Source of the DNA: Gemmatimonadota bacterium
Lineage (GTDB): Bacteria > Gemmatimonadota > Gemmatimonadetes > Gemmatimonadales > GWC2-71-9
Assembly (NCBI GenBank): GCA_039586365.1
Contig: JBDHKN010000047.1
Location: 1-36,846, forward strand
Direction: 5' to 3'
Length of the DNA stretch: 36,846 nt
Part shown: positions 1 through 7,455 of the stretch, in pieces
How the letters are laid out: each line of letters begins with the position of its first letter
How positions within the stretch are numbered: the first letter of the stretch is position 1
Position numbers and translations under genes: made by a program
The notes under the pieces: model-generated
What the model was told of the DNA's origin: nothing
Databases searched by the model: none
What the model saw: the letters and a program-made list of their open reading frames with translations, nothing else

Positions 1-130
1 TGATCCCCCCGTCCCTTGCAGTCTTCCAGATCTCTACGAAGCGTTTCAGTTGTTTCTCGTGCAGCAGCACCAGAGCGCGAGCGCCCTTGTAGCGATATCC
101 GGTGAGTTCCCCACCAGTCTTTGTCACCAT
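1..130 (-). CDS. Partial hypothetical protein running off the left edge, possibly DinB-like; last visible gene of the MTase-cupin-arsR operon
   Basis: Not in the ORF track. ATG at 130 lies 4 nt after the ArsR stop (135), and the frame is open to the edge: MVTKTGGELTGYRYKGARALVLLHEKQLKRFVEIWKTARDGGI. The DinB-like guess rests on recalled resemblance only. Confidence 0.7.
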   Translation of the reverse strand, partial: MVTKTGGELTGYRYKGARALVLLHEKQLKRFVEIWKTARDGGI

Positions 131-134
131 CGGG

Positions 135-500
135 TCACCCCAAGCCATCCAGGAACTTGTCTGCGTCCTTCCTCAAGGATTCCAGTGCTTCCCTGTTCAC
201 GAAGTAGTATGCCCACACGCCTTGTCGCTCACTGTCGACTATTCCCGCCTCTCGCAAGAGCTTCAGGTGGTGGGACACGGTCGGCTGTTTCACCGTCATG
301 GCTGCTTCGAGATCGCACACGCACACGCGGCCCTCGTTGCGAGCGAGCACGTCGAGTAGCTGGAGACGGACCGGGTGGGCCAGCACTTCGAACGCGCGGC
401 TCAGCGTCTCCGCTTCGTTGGCCGACACCGTCGGCCGTGCTTCGCCGTCACAGCAACGCGTGCCCCTCGCTCTCTCCGCCCGCTCGGCACGGGAAGTCAT
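135..500 (-). CDS. arsR: ArsR/SmtB family metalloregulatory transcription factor
   Basis: Winged-HTH motifs LAHPVRLQLL, VCVCDL, QPTVSHHLKLLREAGIV and RQGVWAYY. Has the alpha3 CxC metalloid site plus an N-terminal CC pair. The ATG overlaps the cupin stop (ATGA). Confidence 0.93.
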   Translation of the reverse strand: MTSRAERAERARGTRCCDGEARPTVSANEAETLSRAFEVLAHPVRLQLLDVLARNEGRVCVCDLEAAMTVKQPTVSHHLKLLREAGIVDSERQGVWAYYFVNREALESLRKDADKFLDGLG

Positions 501-901
501 GCTCGACTCGTCGCTGCGACGGTTCTCGTGAACTGCTCAGTCGCCGGCGACCAGGCGTCTACCGCCTCCGCACAGCTCGCCCGAGTGAACACCGCGTGTG
601 GCAGACGCGACGGTATGGCGATCGCCTCGCACTCCTTGACCGCGACTACTTCCCCACCCAGGTCGAAGAACAACTCTCCCTTGAGGACCAGCGTGATCTG
701 CTCGCTCTCGTGGCTGTGCATCGTCCAACGAGTGTGCGGCTCGACGCAGAAGTAGGTGAGCATCGCCCGCTCGAGCGCCACCCCCGAAGCCCTCGCTCCT
801 GCCGCACGGGACTCGATCGTGAACGTCCCTCTGGGATAGTGGCGCGCGCTCTGGCGCACCCCAGGTTTCAGAAGGATTGGCACCCGGAGGTCTAGCAGCA
901 T
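497..901 (-). CDS. Cupin domain protein (Cupin_2-like)
   Basis: Cupin motif 1 HSHESEQITLVLKG and motif 2 IPSRLPH. AAGGAG lies 8 nt before the ATG at 901, inside the end of the MTase gene. Confidence 0.85.
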   Translation of the reverse strand: MLLDLRVPILLKPGVRQSARHYPRGTFTIESRAAGARASGVALERAMLTYFCVEPHTRWTMHSHESEQITLVLKGELFFDLGGEVVAVKECEAIAIPSRLPHAVFTRASCAEAVDAWSPATEQFTRTVAATSRA

Positions 902-1554
902 CGGTTCGTCTCCTTCTCGAAAGCCGCCGGCTTCGTGCCCGACGCGATGAAGATGCTGATGGCAATGTCCTGTCCCTCCGCCGACTCGGTACAGCAGTTC
1001 TCACCCACACAGTCCACCTTGACACAATCCAGGCCAGCCCCGCGAAACCACCTCCGAACATCCTCACGCTCGAAACCGAGCCAACGATCGTGTTGCTCCG
1101 TACGCAGGAACTCGAAGTCGTGGGTATCGAGATCAGTCACCACCAGCCTCCCACCCGGCTTCAGGATCCTCGCCATCTCACGAATGGCGGTCGCAGGACC
1201 CTCGACGTGGTGCAGGTACATGTTGGCAAAGGCGTAGTCAACCGACGCCGTGTCGAGTGGCAGATCCTCGGCCTCGCCGATCCGGGTGTCCACTCTGTCC
1301 GGGAAGGGGAACTTGCGGCGCAACGCATCCAGCATGGCCGGTGATTGGTCCACCGCCACGACTCTGAGGCCCCTGCCGAGCAGCGCCTCGGTGATGAAGC
1401 CGGTCCCGGCACCGAGATCAGCGGCCACGCCACCCTCCTCGACCTCGGCAACCGACAGCGCTTCCTCCCGGAGGCGGTTAGAGAAAAAGCCTGCTCGGAG
1501 TTCGTCCCAATCGGCCCCGAGGCTGTCGAAGTACTCCTTACTGGTGGCAGTCAT
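892..1554 (-). CDS. Class I SAM-dependent methyltransferase (UbiE/Methyltransf_11-like) with Cys-rich C-terminus
   Basis: Motif I ADLGAGTG, post-I VAVDQS, ANMYLHH and RILKPGG. Contains DCVKVDC, ENCC and a terminal CC. Start moved from 1584 to ATG 1554, which has GAGG upstream, whereas 1584 lies inside the operator repeats. Confidence 0.9.
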   Translation of the reverse strand: MTATSKEYFDSLGADWDELRAGFFSNRLREEALSVAEVEEGGVAADLGAGTGFITEALLGRGLRVVAVDQSPAMLDALRRKFPFPDRVDTRIGEAEDLPLDTASVDYAFANMYLHHVEGPATAIREMARILKPGGRLVVTDLDTHDFEFLRTEQHDRWLGFEREDVRRWFRGAGLDCVKVDCVGENCCTESAEGQDIAISIFIASGTKPAAFEKETNRCC

Positions 1555-1607
1555 AATTGCCTCATCTATTAAATCGACTGTCATCTATGTTATCGACGAT
1601 TGTCAAT
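1554..1607. promoter_or_regulatory. Tandem imperfect palindromes with a 19-bp period; candidate ArsR operator array
   Basis: ATCGACTGTCATCTAT (1573-1588), ATCGACGATTGTCAAT (1592-1607) and a degenerate TAATTGCCTCATCTAT (1554-1569). They overlap the -10 and the leader of the MTase operon. Confidence 0.65.
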
Positions 1608-1632
1608 ATATATAGGTATGCCACATTGTCAA
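1605..1632 (-). promoter_or_regulatory. sigma70 promoter for the MTase-cupin-arsR operon
   Basis: TTGACA (1632-1627), 16-nt spacer, TATATT (1610-1605). Confidence 0.7.
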
Positions 1633-1917
1633 TCCTGCGGCGGAAGGCGAGGACCCCGAGTCAGCTGGGCCGAAAGGATGTTGCAGCTGTGATTCCCTGA
1701 TCTTCTCGGCTGCTTTCGCCAGCTCATCGGCAAACGCCAATGTTGGTCTCCGAGTTGTAGCGGTGACGACCCCGGCAACTGATTCAATTTAAGATATGCC
1801 CCATGAGATCATGGGATCTAGGGATGGCGAACTGCCTCCCGACATCGATTCGCGGGCGGCAGGGCACACCTAATCCATTATCTCATATAGCCTTATAAGA
1901 GAGCTGTGGCCAGCCAC

Positions 1918-1946
1918 TTGCCGAGCAGGATACAGAGGATTATAGT
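1918..1946 (+). promoter_or_regulatory. sigma70 promoter for arsR-arsM, probably giving a leaderless mRNA
   Basis: TTGCCG (1918-1923), 17-nt spacer, TATAGT (1941-1946). ATG 1954 is 7 nt downstream of the -10. The imperfect palindrome GTTCTATACATGTCGAAC (1945-1962) spans the start. Confidence 0.6.
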
Positions 1947-1953
1947 TCTATAC

Positions 1954-2334
1954 ATGTCGAACTATCGAACTGTTCAAGGGGACATGCTTGCTGACACGTT
2001 CAAAGCGTTGGGGCACCCACACCGCCTGCAGATCTTCCTGCAATTGGCCACCTGTTGCGTCCCGGGCACTGCCTGTGGAGACGACAACAGTATTCGCCGC
2101 TGCGTGGGAGAACTGGCGGCACAGTTGCACATCGCCCCATCGACCGTGTCGCACCATCTGAAGGAGCTGACCCGTGCGGGGCTCATTGCCACCGAACGCT
2201 GTGGTCGGGAGATCCGCTGCTGGGTCGAACCTGAAGTGCTGCGCAAGCTGGGCGATTTTTTCACGAGCTTCATCGCCGAACCGAGTAGCACGAGCGCAAG
2301 GAGGAGTTGTGACGAAGAATGCATCACCGGATGA
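1954..2334 (+). CDS. arsR: ArsR/SmtB family transcriptional repressor of arsM
   Basis: FKALGHPHRLQIF, CVGELA and PSTVSHHLKELTRAGLI motifs, with a Cys-rich insertion TCCVPGTAC. Lies directly upstream of arsM. Start set at ATG 1954 (ORF track 1906; ATG 1984 is also possible). Confidence 0.9.
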   Translation: MSNYRTVQGDMLADTFKALGHPHRLQIFLQLATCCVPGTACGDDNSIRRCVGELAAQLHIAPSTVSHHLKELTRAGLIATERCGREIRCWVEPEVLRKLGDFFTSFIAEPSSTSARRSCDEECITG

Positions 2335-3100
2335 GATCCGGACAGCAGTGCGGAGTACCTACGGCCAGATTGTCACCACGGGAAAGACGGGCTGCGGCTG
2401 CTCTTGCGGTGACGATCCAGCCGTTTCGCCCGAAACGCTGGCGAGCGCAATGGGATACTCTAGCACGGACGTGGTTGACGTGCCTGAGGGTGCGAACTTG
2501 GGGCTGGGGTGCGGCAATCCCCACGCGATTGCATCGCTGCAGCCAGGTGAGACAGTCGTCGACCTCGGAGCGGGCGCCGGCTTCGACTGCTTTCTCGCCG
2601 CGCGACAGGTGGGCGAATCAGGCGCGGTCATCGGAGTAGACATGACGCCCGAGATGATCACGAGGGCCCGTGAGAATGCCCGGAAGGTTGGGGTGTCGAA
2701 CGTGAGCTTCCGACTGGGGGAGATCGAGCATATGCCGGTAGCGGACGACTCTGCGGACGTCATCATGTCCAACTGCGTGATCAACCTCTCTCCCGACAAG
2801 CCTCAGGTGTTCCGCGAGGCGTTCCGCGTCCTGCGCAGCGGTGGCAGGCTGGCCGTGGCAGACGTGATCGCGCTGGCACCAATGCCGCAGGAGCTTCACA
2901 GGAACATCGAGGCCTATACAAGCTGTATCTCGGGAGCCGCCCAGGCGGAGCAAGTCGAGTCGATGTTGGCAGAGGCAGGTTTCATGGACATCAGCATCAG
3001 GCCGCAAGACGCGAGTCGCGAGCTGGTTCGCGAGTGGTCGATTGGAGGAAACCTCGAGGACTACGTGGTGTCGGCGCTGATCGAAGCCAGGAAGCCCTGA
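2309..3100 (+). CDS. arsM: Arsenite S-adenosylmethionine methyltransferase
   Basis: Hallmarks ANLGLGCGNP, VVDLGAGAGFDCFLAA, GVDMTPEM, SNCVINLSPDK and SCISGA, plus N-terminal GCGCSC. GTG 2309 is preceded by AAGGAGGAG and overlaps the end of arsR. Confidence 0.95.
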   Translation: MTKNASPDEIRTAVRSTYGQIVTTGKTGCGCSCGDDPAVSPETLASAMGYSSTDVVDVPEGANLGLGCGNPHAIASLQPGETVVDLGAGAGFDCFLAARQVGESGAVIGVDMTPEMITRARENARKVGVSNVSFRLGEIEHMPVADDSADVIMSNCVINLSPDKPQVFREAFRVLRSGGRLAVADVIALAPMPQELHRNIEAYTSCISGAAQAEQVESMLAEAGFMDISIRPQDASRELVREWSIGGNLEDYVVSALIEARKP

Positions 3101-3157
3101 TCGGAACCGCCTGTGGCAGCAACCGGCGGAGGGTGTTGGCCAGCCCGAACCACGACC

Positions 3158-4249
3158 TCATCTAGTCAACAGGATCCCCCGGGACGTGGCGATCTGCCTT
3201 GCGATCCTTCCCTTCTCGGCGCTCGTCAGCCGGTGGCGTTCTGCCATCACATCATGCGAACACGAGGTGATCTTGCCGAGCACGCCCTCATAGATACCGA
3301 CGATCAGTTCGAGAAGGAATTGCCGGTCGGCACTGAGTCTGCCGTCAAGCGTCGACAGGCAAGCCCGTCCCTCCTGTGCCAGCGTCAATGCTCGCTCGAC
3401 CAGCTCGCGTACTAGGGCTCGAAGTCGGGGGCTCGCGGTTCCAGCCGCAGCGTCACGCCGGAGCGATTCCACGGTCACACCGTGAGCCGCCATGTCGTCG
3501 GCCGCGAGGTACAGCAGCCCCCGCTCACCAGTCGTCAGGTCCTCGCGCAGGTCGCGCAGGATATGGGCGATGTACGCGAATCGGCCGAGTGCCCGACCAC
3601 AACGCACGATGTCGAAGTCCTGCGGTGGGTGGAAAACTCCCTGCTCCTCAGAGGGCTCTCCAGAAATCAGGTGAAGATAGATGGTCGTCGGGGCGACCGA
3701 CGCGCCTGCCGCATAATCGAGATACTGGCTAAACGTCGCGAATTGGCCCCGCTGCAGATCCTGATGCATGGCTGCAAAGAAGTCATCCCACAGCTCTGGC
3801 GGGACGGGAAACTGCTCCACTGTCCTGGCGAACGCGGTAAGCAGTTCGCCAATGTACGGTTGATCAGTTCGCGCTGCGTCACCCGGCGCCGGCGTGTCAC
3901 CTGTCAGACAGGCCGCTATCACCTGATGCCACGCCTCGACCACGCTGGACTCCCGCGCGCGATCCTCGGCCGATGCGTATGGTCTGAACAGCAACCCGTC
4001 GACACGGTCGTCGACGATGCGCATGATCGCATAGCTCGCGCAGAACGCCCGATACCGCTCTTCCTCTCTCAAGTAACAGCTCGCGCGGTACAGGTTGTTC
4101 CGGTCCTTCGCTGCGATGGACTCGGCAATCCAGTAGACACCCGTGAGTGAGCCTGGTGTCCACACGCTCGTAACCTCAAGGTCCCCCTTGCCAGAATTGC
4201 CCCTCTTCGCATCACGTGCAGTTGATCGTGGAATGCGCACGGCATTCAT
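3158..4249 (-). CDS. Squalene/phytoene synthase family (head-to-head isoprenoid synthase fold) protein
   Basis: YAIMRIVDDRVD (first Asp-rich motif), AMHQDL, LDYAAGASVA, LGRFAYIAHILRDLREDL (second motif), GLLYL and C-terminal GIYEGVL…RHRL. The start is uncertain: ATG 4267, ATG 4249 or GTG 4165. Confidence 0.85.
   Translation of the reverse strand: MNAVRIPRSTARDAKRGNSGKGDLEVTSVWTPGSLTGVYWIAESIAAKDRNNLYRASCYLREEERYRAFCASYAIMRIVDDRVDGLLFRPYASAEDRARESSVVEAWHQVIAACLTGDTPAPGDAARTDQPYIGELLTAFARTVEQFPVPPELWDDFFAAMHQDLQRGQFATFSQYLDYAAGASVAPTTIYLHLISGEPSEEQGVFHPPQDFDIVRCGRALGRFAYIAHILRDLREDLTTGERGLLYLAADDMAAHGVTVESLRRDAAAGTASPRLRALVRELVERALTLAQEGRACLSTLDGRLSADRQFLLELIVGIYEGVLGKITSCSHDVMAERHRLTSAEKGRIARQIATSRGILLTR
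4231..4247 (-). promoter_or_regulatory. SECIS-like hairpin following the second UGA (4262-4260)
   Basis: mRNA reads UGA, 12 nt, then GAAUGC[CGUGC]GCAUUC. This is a perfect 6-bp stem with G at loop position 2. Confidence 0.5.
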
Positions 4250-4253
4250 GGTC

Positions 4254-4661
4254 CTAGCCTCAGCCATACCATGGTTTTTCGTCTACCTCCACCTGCAATC
4301 CGTCAAGCAACTTGTTCAGTCCTGCGAACACATCGACGACCGCCATGAGCTCCAGCACCCCCTCATCGTCCAGCCCGAGCTTCCGCACCGCGGAAGTGTG
4401 TACTTCAATTCAGTACTTGCATCCGCTGACGGCTGAAACAGCCACGGCGATAATCTCTTTGGTCAGCGGATCGAGCTTGCCTGTCTGTTTCATGACCGTC
4501 CTGATCTTGTTCCAGTTGACCTCCAGGTATGCCGGGTTGGGCGCCATCACCCTGTACATGTTGGGAACGAAATCGATCCCGAGCGTATCCCTGATTTCGT
4601 CATAGAGCTCTTTGACCCTGCCAGTGGCTTCCTCTTCCGGGATCATCTCAACAGATGCCAT
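4254..4661 (-). CDS. AhpD/carboxymuconolactone decarboxylase-like selenoprotein (CxxU; possible second Sec in C-terminal GUG)
   Basis: The 83-aa ORF stops at GCKY-TGA (4412-4410), exactly where the second Cys of the AhpD CxxC should be. The frame continues IEVHTSAVRKLGLDDEGVLELMAVVDVFAGLNKLLDGLQVEVDEKPWYG, then TGA (4262-4260), GGC, TAG (4256-4254). The product is 133 aa if it ends at 4260, or 135 aa with two Sec. RBS is GGAGG. Confidence 0.88.
4380..4396 (-). promoter_or_regulatory. Bacterial SECIS-like hairpin for the CxxU UGA
   Basis: mRNA reads UGA, 13 nt, then CUUCCGC[GGU]GCGGAAG. This is a perfect 7-bp stem with a G-starting loop 20 nt after the UGA. Confidence 0.75.
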
Positions 4662-4956
4662 GTCGACCCTCCAGGGGAAATGTGGCTCAGCGCTGTTGGG
4701 GGCAAGGCCTTGCGAGGCAGCACCTACCTTCCGGCGCGGTATCCGGCGTTCCTTACCTCAAGTCGATATAGACTCAGCCCTGCTGTAATGTACAGCATCC
4801 GAGCCGTCTCAGCCTTTGGTCAGATACAGCCTGCCCTTCTCATCGATCGCCATCCAGATGCGAGAGAATCCCAAGCTGAGATTCGCGCCGCGGCCGAGCG
4901 CGGCTACCAGGCGCGAGCAACGTTCACCGCACTCATGATCGGCCACCTCTCGACAA

Positions 4957-7455
4957 TCATGCTTCTACTGAGTGAGCGCGGGACACTATGCTCACCAGAC
5001 CCGCCGAGCCATCGACCCGCACCAAGTCTCCATCCCGCAGCGTGCGCGTTACGCCATCAATGTTGGCCACACACGGGATGCCGTACTCGCGCGCTACGAT
5101 CCCCGCGTGACTCAGCGCGCCTCCCAACTCGACCACCACACCGACCGCGCGCGCGAAGATAGGTGTCCAGCCTGGATCAGTAGCCGGTGCCACTAGTACT
5201 GCTCCCGAAGGAAAGCGGTGGCTTTCTGAGGGCGCCTGCAGCACACACACTGCGCCCTCCACGACGCCGGGGCTCACGCCGTTGCCGTGCAAGGTCGTGG
5301 CGGTGGCGTCGACAGCAGTGGAGTGGAAGGAGATGGAAGCCACCTCTTCGCTGGTGAAGCAGTTGGGCACCTCGATCCGGCGCCATGCCGCACGCCTGGC
5401 CAGCTCCCTGACGACGGCGACATCGACGGCGAATTCCGCTTGTGCGACGGCGCGCTCCAGCTCCTCCAGCGAGAGATGCCAAACGTCGCTGCTCTCGCAG
5501 AGTCTCCCGCGTTGTTGGAGACGGTGGCCGAGTTCCAGCACCATCCGCCGGATCGGCACCACGGCGGCGATGCCTTCGCTGCGCACCGATTCACGCAGCG
5601 CCTGCAAGCGGTTGATAGACCGCACCTGCCGCCCCATCCAGCGGCGGCGCCACCGGCCGCAGAGCCATTCCACCTCCTGCCACGCGAGCTCAGCTTCAGT
5701 GCGGCGGCGCTCGAGTATACCAGCCAGAGCGTTCGGCTCGGAGTCCGTAACCAGCGGGAACAGGGAACTGGCCAGCAGGCCCAGATCCTCCACGTACCGC
5801 GGAGAGGAGACATCGCTCTCGAACGGTCCGCGATGACCGTACAACGCGAGCCAGCTACGGATCATGGTCCACAGCTTGGGCGGCAGCCGATCCTGCCAGT
5901 ACTGCGTGGAGGAATACTCAGCAGTGATGGTGCGAGTGAAGTCGCTCGCTCCGGACCAGGCCCGCATAACTTGAGCTATCCCGACGAGATCGTCGATCTG
6001 TCGCGTCGACACCGACGGCTCGCCGCCGGCCACCAGGCGCGCGAGCACGGCCCGCGGAGTCGGGTGACGCCGCAACGCGCTCAGCACGGGGTATTGCGCG
6101 TTGGCGACCGCTGCCGCGACTCCCAGAGCGTTGCGCGCGAGATCGACGCCGACCTCTGCCGAGACATCTCGGATGCGCCGCACCAATTCGCCGTCGGTCA
6201 TGGGCTGGAGATCCAGGCCATTGAGTTCGGTGCGGATGGTCCGGACGCGCTTGATATAGGCGGAAGCACTGCGCGGTGCGGCGAGCGCGACTGCCGTTGC
6301 GCGCAACAGAATCATCGGATGGCGCAGCGCCTTGCTCCGATCCCACACTGGGACGCCGTTGTCGGCTGCGGCCGTTCCCCCGAACTCCGCCTGCATGCCG
6401 TCGCGGGAAACGCCCAGCAGATCCCCCGCTCTGTAGATGCACTCGTTGAAGACGGGGCGGCCGTGAATGAACGTCACCACTGGAACGTCCGGGTCCAGGC
6501 GGACGCCGTACTCCTTCAGGTGAGTGCGCACCCCCTCTTCCAGCCAGATAGCCGTCACAGAGCGAGAAAATGCCGAAGGGAGATCCGGCAGCACGTCGCG
6601 GATGTTGGCCCTGGTCCAGGTCTGGCCAGGAGGCACCGCGTCCGTCAGCGGCCGGGTCCTCGGCCGCGCCTGAAGCATCCAGGCAGCACCGTCGGCCCAG
6701 GCCCATTCCACGTCGACGGGTCGGCCGGCGTGCCTTGCGAGTAGTGCCACCGCCTCGGCAATCGCGCTGGCGCGGGAATCGTCCAGCAAGTCCTGGTGTC
6801 GCTGCTCCGGCGGCAGCGACACGCGGGTGATGCCATCCACGGTCACGGTAGTCGCCATGAGCTGCGTGCGAGGCCGGCGCCCGTTGGTGGTCCAACCACC
6901 GCTGCCCCGTTGAACCAGGTGGGTTTCCGGAACGGCTGCACCGTTCACCGCGGTCTCGCCGAGTCCAGCCACCGCCTCGATCACGACAGTTGCGGAGCTA
7001 TCGTCTGCTGAAAAGGCAATGCCGGCACACTCGGCGCGGATCAGTTGCTGAATGACGACCGCGCATGGACCCGAGGGAGGCGGTAGACCGATCTCTTCCC
7101 GATAGGAGTAGGCCCGATCCGACAGGGCCGACAGCGCCACTCTGCTGGCTGCGGTCGCCAGCTCCGCGGGCCTGACCCCCAGCAGACTTTCGTGGATGCC
7201 GGCGAAACTGGTGTGCTCAGCGTCCTCGCCCTGAGCCGAGCTGCGCACGGCGAGCAACCCGACGCCGTTGGCCTGGAGCTGCGCCGCCAACTCCACTATC
7301 GATTGTCTCGTCGCGTCAGGTAAGATCACCCACGCCGGCGGAACCGGGAGCCCGGATCGCGCGATGAGCCTGAGCCCACGGGCCTTGCCGCCCGCTTCGT
7401 CCGGCAACGGGGTGTCAGCGTCGATACTGATGATCGCTGTGTCCGTTCCCATCAT
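4957..7455 (-). CDS. PEP/pyruvate-binding (ATP-grasp) plus C-terminal phospho-His swivel domain protein, with rifampin-phosphotransferase-like architecture
   Basis: N-terminal GGKARGL, AVRSSAQGED…SFAG, GLGETAVNG and DVEWA…LQARP. Central WTRANIRDVLP and YGHRG…SPRY. C-terminal TDPGWTP…GGALSHAGIVAREYGIP…DG. Translationally coupled to TetR. Confidence 0.92.
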   Translation of the reverse strand: MMGTDTAIISIDADTPLPDEAGGKARGLRLIARSGLPVPPAWVILPDATRQSIVELAAQLQANGVGLLAVRSSAQGEDAEHTSFAGIHESLLGVRPAELATAASRVALSALSDRAYSYREEIGLPPPSGPCAVVIQQLIRAECAGIAFSADDSSATVVIEAVAGLGETAVNGAAVPETHLVQRGSGGWTTNGRRPRTQLMATTVTVDGITRVSLPPEQRHQDLLDDSRASAIAEAVALLARHAGRPVDVEWAWADGAAWMLQARPRTRPLTDAVPPGQTWTRANIRDVLPDLPSAFSRSVTAIWLEEGVRTHLKEYGVRLDPDVPVVTFIHGRPVFNECIYRAGDLLGVSRDGMQAEFGGTAAADNGVPVWDRSKALRHPMILLRATAVALAAPRSASAYIKRVRTIRTELNGLDLQPMTDGELVRRIRDVSAEVGVDLARNALGVAAAVANAQYPVLSALRRHPTPRAVLARLVAGGEPSVSTRQIDDLVGIAQVMRAWSGASDFTRTITAEYSSTQYWQDRLPPKLWTMIRSWLALYGHRGPFESDVSSPRYVEDLGLLASSLFPLVTDSEPNALAGILERRRTEAELAWQEVEWLCGRWRRRWMGRQVRSINRLQALRESVRSEGIAAVVPIRRMVLELGHRLQQRGRLCESSDVWHLSLEELERAVAQAEFAVDVAVVRELARRAAWRRIEVPNCFTSEEVASISFHSTAVDATATTLHGNGVSPGVVEGAVCVLQAPSESHRFPSGAVLVAPATDPGWTPIFARAVGVVVELGGALSHAGIVAREYGIPCVANIDGVTRTLRDGDLVRVDGSAGLVSIVSRAHSVEA

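Noticed and set aside
2309..3100. Possible Sec in ArsM or the ArsR proteins (all end in TGA)
   Set aside because: All catalytic positions are Cys codons, the TGAs fall at normal family C-termini, and no convincing SECIS follows.
2309..4249. Idea that ArsM plus the squalene synthase-like gene make an arseno-isoprenoid lipid
   Set aside because: The genes are convergent and separately regulated; adjacency is the only evidence.
4904..4960. 18-aa ORF MIVERWPIMSAVNVARAW overlapping the PEP-gene stop (ATGA) and ending in TAG
   Set aside because: Too short, and read-through gives no protein-like sequence. No support for pyrrolysine or a leader peptide.
5287..6744. 485-aa plus-strand ORF (also 5918..6895 on minus)
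   Set aside because: Antisense or alternate-frame shadow of the well-supported PEP-utilising gene; no motifs.
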